Below are positions 9,697 to 20,706 of a DNA stretch of 64,000 nucleotides, piece after piece (positions within the stretch are counted from its first letter, which is position 1; the number at the start of each line of letters is the position of its first letter). The stretch is from Epithemia pelagica (taxonomy: Eukaryota; Protista; Bacillariophyta), in assembly GCA_946965045.2 (NCBI GenBank), contig OX337240.1:2914001-2978000 (forward strand). The letters are read 5' to 3'. Position numbers and translations under genes: made by a program. The notes beneath the pieces are model-generated. The model worked only from the letters and a program-made list of their open reading frames with translations. It had not been told where the DNA came from and did no database searches.

Positions 9697-11175
9697 ATGG
9701 CCGCACCTCCAACCGCTCAAGAACTGCTCACTCAGCTCAATGGCTACCTTGAGAATACCCTCCTAATTGGTCAACAAGAAGTCCGTAACGCTCTCAATGC
9801 ACAAGGCCTTGTTTCGATTGGCGATTTTGATGGTCTAAAGGAAGACGATATCGCTGAAATTTGCGCTAATGCCAGGAAACCCGGTGGAACTATTCCTAAT
9901 CCGGACTATGACGCTGCTAATCCAGTTCCTGGAGTCCCAGTTACCATTACGAACCCTGGAGTATTGGTCGGGCATGTTTTGGAAAAGCGCTTGAAGATGC
10001 TTGGATACTACGTTCAGTATCTCAACAAGGTCGATCGCGAGTTTAGTGCGGCAACGGCAACATTGGCTCAAATCCAAGGACTCTACCGTCTTAAAGAAGC
10101 AGACGATGAGTATGATAATGAGATTGAGCTTCCCGAGAAACTCACAAATGTTGAGAACATACGAGTCGTTCTCGAAGATTTAGACAACTACCTTGAGAGG
10201 AAAAGAGGAGTTACTATGATCCCTTTGGCAGCGTATACCCGCTCGATGCCAACTCCTCCTCCGGTTAACTTGGACCCTGGAATCGGAGCACCAACGTACT
10301 TGAGAGAACTAATCAGGCGTGCGCCACTAACTGGAGCAACTGCGGTGGCTGACAAAGAGGCAGTTTGGGATGTCATACGCCACATAACCCATGATGGCCC
10401 TGGATGGGGCTGGGTTCAAGCCTTTAGCCGCAGTCGAGACGGAAGAGGTGCTTATATTGCCTTAAAGAGTCATTACTTAGGCGACGCCTTTCAAACAAGA
10501 CTGAGGGCAAAAGCAGACCAAGTGTTGGAATCGGCCTATTATGACGGGTCAAAACGAAACTACACATATGAGAGGTACATTGAATCTCTCCAGAGGGCCT
10601 TTACGGACCTCGAATCAACTGGCGAGATGGTCAGTAATGAAAGGAAGGTTAGAGTTTTATTGTTGGGTGTATCTGATCCAAGGCTTGAAAGCGCGAAGAA
10701 CACCATACTCGCTACACCTTCACTCAGGGCAAACTTTGAAGTCGCTTCCAACTATTTGGCAGAGATTCTTGACAGCAAGGTCTCGTACAGCGCTTCAACA
10801 AGGAAGGCCCGAATCTCATCTATCCAGCATAACAAGAATGGAAAAGGTGGAAACAAGAAGAATGGGAGTAACCAATCAAACGGTTTTGACCCCAACAAAT
10901 ATTATCCCTTTAGAAAGTGGATAAAACTCACAAAGGAACAACAGCAAATGGTCCGAGAAGCAAGGGACGCTGTTAACAGCAGCACAAAGAAAAGGTCTGC
11001 TGCTGCTGTTCATTGTAAGAACGGTAAGAACAAGAGAAAAGGTGTTGATGGAAGCACGACGACAACTACCGATGAGAGTTCAGAGACAACTGGCGACTCC
11101 AGTGAGAACGACAAGGAACTCGGTATTGGCGCCATAATGAGCCAGAGAAAGAAAGGCAGGAGAGAAACCGTGTGA
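9697..11175 (+). CDS. gag: Copia gag-like protein
   Basis: 492-aa ORF directly upstream of pol, with a gag-like core (YDGSKRNYTYERY, RKVRVLLLGVSDPRL) and a basic C-terminus. Confidence 0.85.
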   Translation: MAAPPTAQELLTQLNGYLENTLLIGQQEVRNALNAQGLVSIGDFDGLKEDDIAEICANARKPGGTIPNPDYDAANPVPGVPVTITNPGVLVGHVLEKRLKMLGYYVQYLNKVDREFSAATATLAQIQGLYRLKEADDEYDNEIELPEKLTNVENIRVVLEDLDNYLERKRGVTMIPLAAYTRSMPTPPPVNLDPGIGAPTYLRELIRRAPLTGATAVADKEAVWDVIRHITHDGPGWGWVQAFSRSRDGRGAYIALKSHYLGDAFQTRLRAKADQVLESAYYDGSKRNYTYERYIESLQRAFTDLESTGEMVSNERKVRVLLLGVSDPRLESAKNTILATPSLRANFEVASNYLAEILDSKVSYSASTRKARISSIQHNKNGKGGNKKNGSNQSNGFDPNKYYPFRKWIKLTKEQQQMVREARDAVNSSTKKRSAAAVHCKNGKNKRKGVDGSTTTTTDESSETTGDSSENDKELGIGAIMSQRKKGRRETV

Positions 11176-14100
11176 CGAGATGTCCGCGAGATAGATGCAC
11201 TCTCCAGGGACATTAGCGTTAGGACGTCTATGTGCGAACTAGACAGTCACGCTGACACCTGCTGTCTTGGTAAGGATTGCCTCGTTTTATATGAGACAGA
11301 CAAGGCAGAAGTGAGTGGGTTTTCAACACAGCTCGGGAAACTAAAGGAAACTCCCGTAATCACAGGCGTGTTGGCATATGATGAACCTGTGACAGGAGAG
11401 ACTTACCTGTTGTACTTTCATCAAGCGCTCCATCTTCCGATGATGGAGAAGAGCCTATTGAATCCAAATCAGATGAGAGAGGCTGGTATCATCGTCAATG
11501 ATGTACCACTCAAGTTTATCAAACAGGAGCAAAGGACAAGTGAATCTCATTCATTGGTTGTTCCCATTAATGACGACAACGAGAGCACTCTGACAATTCC
11601 TCTGGAGTTAAAAGGAGTAATCAGTGGCTTCACCGTAAGGAAACCGTCTTGGGAAGAGATAGCGAATGTTGACCCTGCGAACAGGATTGAGATGACCAAC
11701 GACAGTCCAGAATGGGCCCCGAATGACTCGGCTGAAGAAGATGTCGATGAGAGGAGGCTCAGACAGGACGTTCGTCAAGACATGGTCAGAACGAGAGGTT
11801 CGAGGTCGTTGAGTAACAGAATGGCCAAGATGGTGAGAGTAAACTCAAGAACCGTAGCCGAAACGAGCCATAAGAGAAAGGGGACAATAGATCCCATTGG
11901 GTTGGCTTCGAGATGGGGAATCGGTTTGTCAGTTGCGGAGAGGACTTTCAAAGCAACAACGCAACTTGGGGTAAGAGATTTTTCCCAAGGCGTCGGAAGT
12001 AAAAGACTCAAGCATACGGCTTACCAGCTTAAGCATAGAAGGCTTCGGGCAGATGTATACACAGATACTCTGTTTTCGGATACAAAATCTTTGAGCCAAA
12101 ATACTTGTGGTCAAATTTTTGCGACCGAGTTTGGTTGGGTTCAATTTTATCCGTTGGAACGCAAGAAGGATGCTCACACGGCTCTGGAGAAGGTCTTTAA
12201 CGATTACGGGATCTTCAATAGTGTTGTCCCAGATAATGCTCCAGAATTGACGAGTGGGAAATTTAAGAAGACTGCCCAAAAGTTTGGTTGTCGTATTAAG
12301 CCCATAGAAGCTTGGACACCAAACCAAAATTTAGCCGAAGCGAACATCCGTGAACTGAAGAGGGCTTATAGAAGGGAAATGAGAAGGACAAATGCCCCTG
12401 CCGTATTATGGGATCATTGCTTGCAACTGGTAGCTGAGAGACGATCCCATACAGCTTCTGCGACTGAACCGTTTGATGAAGGCCCACCTATAAAAATGTT
12501 GACCGGCGATACACCAGACATATCCCATCTAGTTGAACACAGATGGTATGACCCGGTCTGGTATTCTAATCCCGGGTTTGAGAACAGGGAACTCGGAAGG
12601 TGGCTAGGACCAAGTAAATCGGTTGGTCAAGCAATGAGTTCGAAAATACTGACACGAAAAGGCAAGATTGTCCATCGTACTTCCGTGTGGCCCCTGTCGG
12701 TTGAAAAGTCCCATGATCCGTCGTTTACTGCACAACGTGACCAGTTTGATACTGACCTAAAGGAAGCTCTGGGGAACCGATTCGAAGGTCTTGACCCAGA
12801 GGAAGGAGATGATCCCGCAGAAGAAGGAAATGATACTCCTTTCTTCGAGGCCTATGAAGACGATGAACAAGAAGACACGAGAGTTCCAGAGGCCGACGAT
12901 TACAAGGTGGATGCATACGACAAATTAATCTCGGCCAAGGTGATGCTCCCTTTAGGGGACTCAAAGAGACCAGGTCAAGTTATACGTCGGAAAAGAGATG
13001 CAGACGGTAATCCAATTGGTCGGTCATCTTCAAATCCGTATCTGGATACGTCGTTGTACGAAGTAGAGTTCCATGATGGCCACGTCGAGTCTTATGCGGC
13101 AAACCTGATTGCCGAAAACATTTACGAGCAGTTAGACGATGAGGGAAACAAATACAAACTCATCGATCAGATCATGGATCACCGAAAAGATGCAACTGCC
13201 ATACCAATCTCAGAGGGTACGTTCTTTCATAATGGGAGAGAACATAAGAAAAAGACGACGAGGGGTTGGCAGCTTTGTATATTGTGGAAAGATGGTTCCA
13301 CGTCGTGGGAGATGCTCAAGGACCTGAAGGAATCGTATCCTTTAGAAGTAGCCGAATATGCAGTGGCTAACTTGCTCGACAAAGAACCGGCTTTCAATTG
13401 GTGGGTCGATTTCACTCTCAAGAGGCGTGCAAGACTAATCAAGGCCATCTCAAGCACAAGGTACATGCGAAAATGGCAAAAGTACGGTATTGAGCTTCCT
13501 AAGACCGTAGAACGGGCGTTGCAAATCGATAAAGAAACAGGAACAGACTTCTGGGCTAAAGCCCTTCAACTCGAAATGTCTAAGATCTTTCCTGCAGTCA
13601 AGATTTTGGAAGAAGGCGCGCCGCATCCACCTGGCCATCAAGTCATCCCATGTCATATTGTGTTTGACATAAAGATGGATTTTACCAGGAAAGCGAGGTA
13701 TGTAGCAGGGGGACACCGTACTCAAGAGCCAGAAACGCCTACCTATGCCAGTGTAGTCAGCAGAGAGAGCGTGAGAGTCGGATTCTTACTTGCAGCACTG
13801 AATGGAATCAATATCCTTGCGGCTGATATCGCTGGAGCATATTTGAACGCTCCTTGCCACGAAAGAGTGTGCACCAAATGTGGCTTAGAATTTGGAAAAG
13901 AAAATGAAGGGAGGTACGCGATAATCACTAAGGCACTATATGGCCTTAAGACGAGCGCCTTCGCATGGAGAGAACACCTTTCCACGACTTTGCAAGAGTC
14001 GTTAGGGTTTCGACCGTGCCGAGCAGATCCCGATGTATATCTTCGGGCCTCTACAAAAGATGATGGATCGAAGTACTATGAACTGGTGTTCATCTATATA

Positions 14101-15174
14101 GATGACGTCCTTGTCATCTCTCAGAAGGCACAGGAGATCTTGAATATGATCGACCAACATTATTTATTGAAACCGGATTCGATCGGAGTACCCAAGATCT
14201 ATCTGGGGAACCAAGTAGAAACCTTCGACATTGACAATGACGTGTCTAAAAGATGTTGGGCGCTAAGTTCAAAGCGGTACGCAACAGAAGCCATACGGAA
14301 TGTCAAGGTTTGGATGGATGAAAGAAACTTGAGTCTTAAGACTCGAGCCCCAAGCGTGCTCCCAACAGGATACCGTCCAGAATTGGATACGAGCCCATAT
14401 TGCAATGCTGATTGGCAATCGTTTTTCCAACAGCAGATTGGTGTCCTCAGATGGTTGGTCGAGCTGGGAAGGATTGACATTACTGCGGAAGTTTCAATGT
14501 TGGCGGCTTTCTTAGCAGGAGCAAGGGAAGGTCATGTTCATGCGATGCTTCATGTCTTCGCTTATCTGAACTTGCATGACCGTTCGAGACTGGTACTAGA
14601 CCCTTCATATATTCAGCACGGAGAAGAGTTGACAGCTGATTGGGCAGGTTTTTATCCAGACGCCAAAGAAGACATTCCGGCAGACGCTCCAGAACCATTG
14701 GGTAATCCAGTCCAGATGACTGTCTTCGTCGACTCTGATCATGCTGGAGATTTGATCACCAGACGTTCAAGAACTGGAGTTTTAATCTATCTGAATCGAG
14801 CTCCTGTAACTTGGTACAGTAAGAAACAGACCAGCGTCGAAACATCAACATTTGGGTCAGAATTCATGGCTCTCAAAGTGGGCATTGAAATGGTAAAAGG
14901 ACTTCGATACAAGTTAAGGATGATGGGCGTACCTCTGGATGGACATGCGCATATACGGGTTGATAACATGTCTGTGGTACTGAATACGTCGGTCCCTGAA
15001 TCAACACTGAAAAAGAAGTCAAATTCAATCGCATATCATTTTGTTCGTGAGAATGTTGCATCGGGCATGTGTCGTGTTGCTTTTGAACCGTCGAAGACTA
15101 ACCTTGCTGACATTCTTACCAAGATCCAAACAGGTACAGAGAGAACACGGTTAGCATCAATGATCCTATATTAG
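11176..15174 (+). CDS. pol: Copia pol (protease, integrase, chromo-like segment, RT, RNase H), in frame with gag after one TGA; first ATG at 11230
   Basis: Protease ELDSHADT; integrase YTDTLF / VVPDNAPE / NLAEANIRELK; RT KARYVAGGH, ADIAGAYLNA, KALYGLK, IYIDDVL; RNase H FVDSDHAGD, STFGSEF, VDNMSVV, NLADILTK. Open from 11176 to the stop. Confidence 0.93.
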   Translation, partial: RDVREIDALSRDISVRTSMCELDSHADTCCLGKDCLVLYETDKAEVSGFSTQLGKLKETPVITGVLAYDEPVTGETYLLYFHQALHLPMMEKSLLNPNQMREAGIIVNDVPLKFIKQEQRTSESHSLVVPINDDNESTLTIPLELKGVISGFTVRKPSWEEIANVDPANRIEMTNDSPEWAPNDSAEEDVDERRLRQDVRQDMVRTRGSRSLSNRMAKMVRVNSRTVAETSHKRKGTIDPIGLASRWGIGLSVAERTFKATTQLGVRDFSQGVGSKRLKHTAYQLKHRRLRADVYTDTLFSDTKSLSQNTCGQIFATEFGWVQFYPLERKKDAHTALEKVFNDYGIFNSVVPDNAPELTSGKFKKTAQKFGCRIKPIEAWTPNQNLAEANIRELKRAYRREMRRTNAPAVLWDHCLQLVAERRSHTASATEPFDEGPPIKMLTGDTPDISHLVEHRWYDPVWYSNPGFENRELGRWLGPSKSVGQAMSSKILTRKGKIVHRTSVWPLSVEKSHDPSFTAQRDQFDTDLKEALGNRFEGLDPEEGDDPAEEGNDTPFFEAYEDDEQEDTRVPEADDYKVDAYDKLISAKVMLPLGDSKRPGQVIRRKRDADGNPIGRSSSNPYLDTSLYEVEFHDGHVESYAANLIAENIYEQLDDEGNKYKLIDQIMDHRKDATAIPISEGTFFHNGREHKKKTTRGWQLCILWKDGSTSWEMLKDLKESYPLEVAEYAVANLLDKEPAFNWWVDFTLKRRARLIKAISSTRYMRKWQKYGIELPKTVERALQIDKETGTDFWAKALQLEMSKIFPAVKILEEGAPHPPGHQVIPCHIVFDIKMDFTRKARYVAGGHRTQEPETPTYASVVSRESVRVGFLLAALNGINILAADIAGAYLNAPCHERVCTKCGLEFGKENEGRYAIITKALYGLKTSAFAWREHLSTTLQESLGFRPCRADPDVYLRASTKDDGSKYYELVFIYIDDVLVISQKAQEILNMIDQHYLLKPDSIGVPKIYLGNQVETFDIDNDVSKRCWALSSKRYATEAIRNVKVWMDERNLSLKTRAPSVLPTGYRPELDTSPYCNADWQSFFQQQIGVLRWLVELGRIDITAEVSMLAAFLAGAREGHVHAMLHVFAYLNLHDRSRLVLDPSYIQHGEELTADWAGFYPDAKEDIPADAPEPLGNPVQMTVFVDSDHAGDLITRRSRTGVLIYLNRAPVTWYSKKQTSVETSTFGSEFMALKVGIEMVKGLRYKLRMMGVPLDGHAHIRVDNMSVVLNTSVPESTLKKKSNSIAYHFVRENVASGMCRVAFEPSKTNLADILTKIQTGTERTRLASMILY

Positions 15175-15310
15175 TGCGTTTCCCGCCAACCTGTGTTGGG
15201 ACTGGGTACGTCCTGCACCTAAACGATGAAAGGACTTTAAGCAGGTCTAGATGGAACGAGAGAAGATTGGCACAGCTACTTCATTACGAGACGAAGAACT
15301 GTGAGGGGAC

Positions 15311-15432
15311 CAAAATATGGCTAGCCTATTGAGCGAAATTAGCGATAGTAAGGCTAGTAAGGCCTCTAAGCTTGAGGCATGAGATAGTCACAATTTTATA
15401 TGTTTTCGAGTCACACCCCTACGCGTATTTTG
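15311..15432 (+). repeat. 3' LTR of copia-1
   Basis: Identical to 9137-9258 and preceded by the purine tract at 15303-15309. Confidence 0.9.
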
Positions 15433-15619
15433 AAACCAAACCTGAATCCTCAAATTTCACCGTCTGGGCGTCGTATATTCGGGTTTTGGGCTTTTCAGGT
15501 TTGGTTACCAAACCTGAAACACACTAGGGATAAAGTTTTCGTTCTGCTACTGTACGCATTTCTTACAGTTTCGAATTCGACTTGGCATGCGTGCGTTCAA
15601 CTCCAACGGTCACTCGTCC
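15433..15619. repeat. Remainder of unit 2 of the 291-bp tandem duplication
   Basis: AAACCAAACCTGAATCC...ACTCGTCC matches ~8852-9038. Confidence 0.9.
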
Positions 15620-16638
15620 CCTTATCTCTAATGAAATTAGACGACATGTCCTTTGTACGATGGAATTCTTTTAGGCTGTTCCTCGAGCACGACAAAACCA
15701 ATCTGAAAACGTGACACGTCATCAATTTACATCATCTTGACGTCATATTTCACTGCACAGTTTTTGTCGGCCCTCCATTCCGACAAATCCAAAGCTCAGG
15801 ATTTGTCGGCCGACAAATCCTGAAATAGCATTAGGGATTGTGTTATCTTTATTCTAGTGTACATATGGGATAGAGAAACTTCCAGCGCGCGTTCTGGACT
15901 TCAGCGGCGCGCGTTCGACTCCAACGGTCCCCCAATCCCTAATGAAGTATTCCAACTTTCGAATAGTATTGGTATTCAATTCCACAGAGTACTTTTGGGG
16001 AGTGTTGGGGACCTAGAGGTAGGCGCGGGCTCTTGTTTTGGTTTTGGTTTTGGTTTTGCTCGAGGATGGAAAAACTGGCCAATGTGAAAATTCTCCAAGA
16101 TGTCACGTTCTCAAATTGGTTTTGTCGTGCTCGAGGAACGGCCTTAGTATTGTATTCAATTTAATGAAGTCAAATGGGGGGGAAGTTGGGGGACGAGGCG
16201 CGGTCTCTGACTTTGGTAAGGACGGCAAATCGCGCCATTTTCCAAACAAATCCTGGAAAGGTCTTCACAGGTTTGGTTTGGTTTGCCGTAAGGAACGGCC
16301 TTAGGCCAATCCTTTAGCTCGCAAAACCAAATCGAGATTGCGTGCACGTTGGAACAGAAACTCTTGACACGACACGCACTCACCAACTGAGCACCCATAT
16401 CCGAACACACGCTCAGCTAGCTAGAGTTCTCGTCTTGAGAAATTTTCCTCGTAACGAATGCGATAATCGCCATAGGAAGACCCAACGCTCAATTACCAAT
16501 TATTCGTTCCTCGTACCTCCTTTCTTTGTTGACTAGGCTTCTTACTCCGCCCCCTAGTCTCAACGCAAGCGCCCTTTCCAAACAGCGAAAGCAATCTCAC
16601 TTTTCTTTGTCGTCCAAGAAGAAAACAAGGTGGGAGCG

Positions 16639-19369
16639 ATGATCCGAATGGCAATGACGACCGATAGCAGCAGCAATGTTCCTCAAGTGGACACTGGCAG
16701 CACTAATAGGACTAGTCTTTACGGGGTGCGACTTTCGTGGACGTTCGTGACGGTGTCCTTGCTCCTGTCCATGGTGGGTCCCTATTATGTGGCAAAGAAT
16801 GTGGCCAACGTCTTAACCAGCACGATTCCCAGTGCAACAAAGGATGGGTCGACACAGTCATTTTCCCCCTCCTCCTCCTCCTCCTCTCGAACCGCCGACC
16901 CAAACTTTCCCATTCCCATATTACATCCTGGAAAACCAGCTCCCAACGCACGCTATACAGGACACTGTTTTGATGATCCCCATCCGTCTTCAACGAACAA
17001 AGAACGAAAGCAAGTTTCGTGGAGTCAACATCGCATTGATGTTCATATGGACTTGGATTCTTTCTCCCCTTCCTCCTTGAACCAAAGTGATGTTGCTGCG
17101 GTCCATGTCGAACAGCAACAACAACAAGAAGAAGAGCATGAATACGATCACAGGGGCGGTCCGTATGAGCCAGCTGGACAACATTTGCTGATTGACATTC
17201 GTCATGTGGATCCCTCCTTTTTGTTGGACACGAAACGCTTGGTACAAGCCATGGTCCATATTGTGACACTGTCCAAATTGACCCTCTTGTCTTATCACTG
17301 CCATGATTTACAAGTTCCCATGGGAGTTTCCTGTGTCGGTGTCTTGCTCGAATCGCATGTCTCGTTGCATACCTGGCCCAGTGCTGGAGTCATTACCTTG
17401 GGTACGACAGTGTTTCCTAAACAAGAAACCTATCAAACATTCACCTTTCTCTCACACCCTGTTGTGTGCCTTTCGTTTCCAATGTTCCAGATCTTTTTAC
17501 GTGTGGAGCACAGAGTTTAATGCCCTTGGTACCCGTCTTGGAGGAACACTTTGCCATTCCATTCTCTGCTGGCGTTGACAAACAAGATCCACCACAACCC
17601 ATCATGACGTGGTCCCATAAGAAACGGGGATATCGAGATTACTTTAGCAACGGCAATGTGGAAAGTGGGACCTCCCCCCACAATGCATCCTCGTCGTCCT
17701 CTTCCACCAGCAGTGTGCACTTGGATTCGGGCGATGCCGATCGTTACTTGTTGGGTCTCACGAGTGTCGATCGTAGAGCCAAAACAGTCCAACTCGAGAC
17801 GGAAACCGACTTTCAAACAGTCGAAATCTTTGGAGTGGGTGCTGGCGGCAACATGAAAAAGATGGAGACGAAGGAAGATCCGGCAGCGTCCAACAAGCGC
17901 ATCTTTTTGAACGGTGTCTTGCAGTCCACCATGCATGGATTGGAAGCCTACCATGAAGCCTTGGTCCATCCGGCCTTGACCATGGTCGAACAAGCCTCCT
18001 ACCAGCAAAACCCAAAGAAGCTTCGAGTGGCTATTATTGGAGGTGGCGAAGGCGCCACTTTGCGGGAAGTTCTCAAACACAAATCGGTAGATTATTGTGC
18101 CATGATTGAAATTGATCAAGAGTTTGTCGAGTTAGCTCAGGAACACTTGAAGGAATGGAATGATTGTCAAGATTTGGCAATGGAGAAGGAGAATGCCGAA
18201 GAAGAGGATGATGACGACGACGAAGAGGACGATGATGAAGAAGAGGACGACTCTGGATATCGTTCTTGCTTTGACGATCCTCGTGCTGAAATTTTTACAG
18301 AGGACGCCGTGTCGTGGTTCGTTGGCCGTTATGGAGATCATGCCACGACCAAGGCGGAGAAATTTGATGTCATTATCATGGATGCTCTGTAAGTCAGTCG
18401 TTTCGTGTCCCACTGATGCAAAGCAAAGTTTGTCGACCCTTTCTCATATTGTTCTGTCTTGTTTGTGTCCTGCTGTTGTTGGACATGATCAGGGACCCTT
18501 CCTCTTCCGTCGAATTTTCGGACGTCTTGTATCGAGACAAGGCCTTTGTCTCCTCCTTGGCCCATGCTCTGGAGGATACTCATGGTGTCATGGTGGTGCA
18601 AGTGGGAGAAGTCCAATATTTTTCGGACGTGGACCCCATGCCTTTCCACGGTGCGTATACTAGTACCGACAAGACTCCCTATTTGACGACTTTTGGAACC
18701 ATTTTGCAACAACATGGCGAGATGGTGGCAATGAATACGTATTCCGAATCGCATGGTCAATTCATGGGACCGTGGGAATTCCGAATCTTGCACAAGATGG
18801 CCGACACGGCCCGACAGTATTATGCCTCTCCGGCTCGTATCGATTGGACTCTGGCTCGTAATGCCCAGTCTTCTCCTTCTGCTCATTTATCCACAGATAC
18901 GTCGTCGTCGTCCTCCTCCTTGTTTCAGTATTTTGATGGTGCCACGTGGGCAGCGGCCCAGTATCCGTCGACGGTCGATGCCACTGTCTTTTGTGGCCCC
19001 ACGTATCCAGCGCAAGGAGACGGCCAACAACCACCACAACCGTTGTATTGTCAAGAACAAGTGCGAGGATACGACCCTCACGAATCGGCCCGGTTGGTTC
19101 AGGAACATGCTTCCTCCTTGGCAGGGAAACTACACGTCTTGCCCGACACGGTCCAGTTGCTGGAAACCGAAATGGCCCACAGTCCAGCCTCTTCCGTGCT
19201 TCCACCCGTGTTGCAGCACCTTGGCAGCAACCATGAGACGACACCGCTCCTGCCAGCATGGCCGGACCATGCCAGTTCCACGACTGCAGATTCGTCGTCG
19301 TCGTCTTGGAATCCATCCGGGTTGTTGTTTTTTGATCCCTTTGGGGATCGCACGCATTGGACTCGCTAA
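16639..19369 (+). CDS. AdoMetDC-aminopropyltransferase fusion with an eroded SET region (LCPA-synthase paralog); exons 16639-17401, 17491-18388, 18493-19369
   Basis: Same intron positions and phases as the 5570 gene. ESH, TLDLFTCG, YHEALVHPAL, IIGGGEG and FDVIIMDALDP are intact. The C-terminus keeps GYDP, LHVLPDTVQLL and FFDPFGDR but lacks the GRG, NHGC and GxEV SET motifs. The start codon is uncertain (16639, 16648 or 16654). Confidence 0.85.
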
Positions 19370-19370
19370 G

Positions 19371-19575
19371 AAAAAAGAAAGACGAAGAAGAAACGCCAGC
19401 GTGGCGCGTGTTTGTTCCCTGCATGTTTGCGTGTGTGCATATCTGTATCTGCTTTTGCTCGCTCTCCTTCTCTGCCGTGTGTCAGTCTTTTCAAAAAAAG
19501 ACGAAGAAACGCCAGCGTGGCGCCTGTTTGTACCGTTCTCTGCATGTTTGCGTGTGTGCATCTTTATCTGCTTTC
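19371..19575. repeat. Imperfect ~120-bp tandem duplication followed by (CT)n, 3' of the LCPA paralog
   Basis: AAGACGAAGAA(GAA)ACGCCAGCGTGGCGC...TGCATGTTTGCGTGTGTGCAT occurs twice. Confidence 0.75.
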
Positions 19576-20139
19576 GATCTCTCTCTCTCTCTCTCCCTCT
19601 CTCCCTCTCTGTTCTGTCAGTCTTTTCGGGAGCGCATTTGCACTCCATTCCCTTTTGGAGGGTGCCTTCTAGAATTGTGATTTTTCTGGAACATTATAAT
19701 GTTCCAAAGAGGGTGTTTCTCCATCGCCGTGCCCATACTAGAAATGGACCTGACACGCTGGAGCACGTGTATATATACACACAGTATCCTTGTGTTGTGG
19801 TGACATGGCATCCAGTTCCAATCACCCGCAACAACGACGAGAGAACGATAGGTTCCTTCGAACCCACCACTAGCTAGAGGTAGTAGACCTTGTTTCATGG
19901 TTCTGTCATGTGCCCTTGTGTTCCATCCAGATGTGTCATGGGAGGAGTGTCTAGTCCAGGAACCGAACCAATGGTTGTTGTATCTATTCCAACAGAAGGA
20001 GAGACGGAAGAGATGGCATCGGCAATCGGCATGATGTCAAGAAAAGATACCTTACTGAGGGTCTTGTCATGAAGTATATGTGCGACCTATCTGAAGTCGT
20101 TCGTACGCACAACAGACAGCATGTCCTCAAAAGCCTCCA

Positions 20140-20410
20140 CGCGTTTCTCCTTGTGCGTATTCGCCAGTCGGACCATGACAACACGGCAAGAACAAAAGAC
20201 CACAACAATAATCTTGTTCCTTTTTTGAATACGACAGACGAATAGAGATGGAATGAACCGGACACTGGATTGCCTCTAGGAGGAGGGTGTTGCCAATTCC
20301 GTTTGGTGATTGAATGTAGCAGAATCAAACATGCCGTGGCGAAAAGGGACGCTTTCTCGCCATTGCTCGTTGGGTTCTGCTAAATTCAATGGCGGACATG
20401 CTGGGTGCTA
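20140..20410. repeat. Dispersed repeat also present at ~51040-51340 and ~51450-51670
   Basis: Shared blocks GTCGGACCATGACAACAC and AAACATGCC(G/A)TGGCGAAA(A/C)GGGACGCTTTCTCGCCATTG. Confidence 0.7.
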
Positions 20411-20706
20411 AAACGCACGTGCTGTGAACTCTATGAGTTTCACCAAACAACGCAACAACACGCGTGAGTCGGTACCGAAAAATGGTAGAGAATGTGCCCA
20501 TTTCACATTTTCAATTTTCTAGCTACGCAATAGTGTCTCTCCCGAGAACAAGAACGGAGAAAAGTCGAAACCATCTTTGACAACCATTTGTACTCTGTTG
20601 CGTGGTGTGTGGATCCAAACGCTGTGTTCGCCGAAGTCCATCACGCCCTGAATCCAATCATTCAGTTTCCCTCTCCACTCTCTGCCCTCTAGTATTTTGT
20701 TCCATC

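Larger units (their letters stand above)
9137..15432 (+). mobile_element. Ty1/copia LTR retrotransposon (CoDi-like), apparently young
   Basis: Identical 122-bp direct repeats at 9137-9258 and 15311-15432; gag then PR-INT-RT-RNaseH order; purine tract GAGGGGA before the 3' LTR; TSD AAAC or AAACC inside a microsatellite. Confidence 0.95.

Noticed and set aside
15765-15945. Small inverted repeats (TTTGTCGG/CCGACAAA; CATTAGGGATTG/CAATCCCTAATG) as a MITE
   Set aside because: No matching TSD was found; kept only as a diverged relative of the 291-bp unit.
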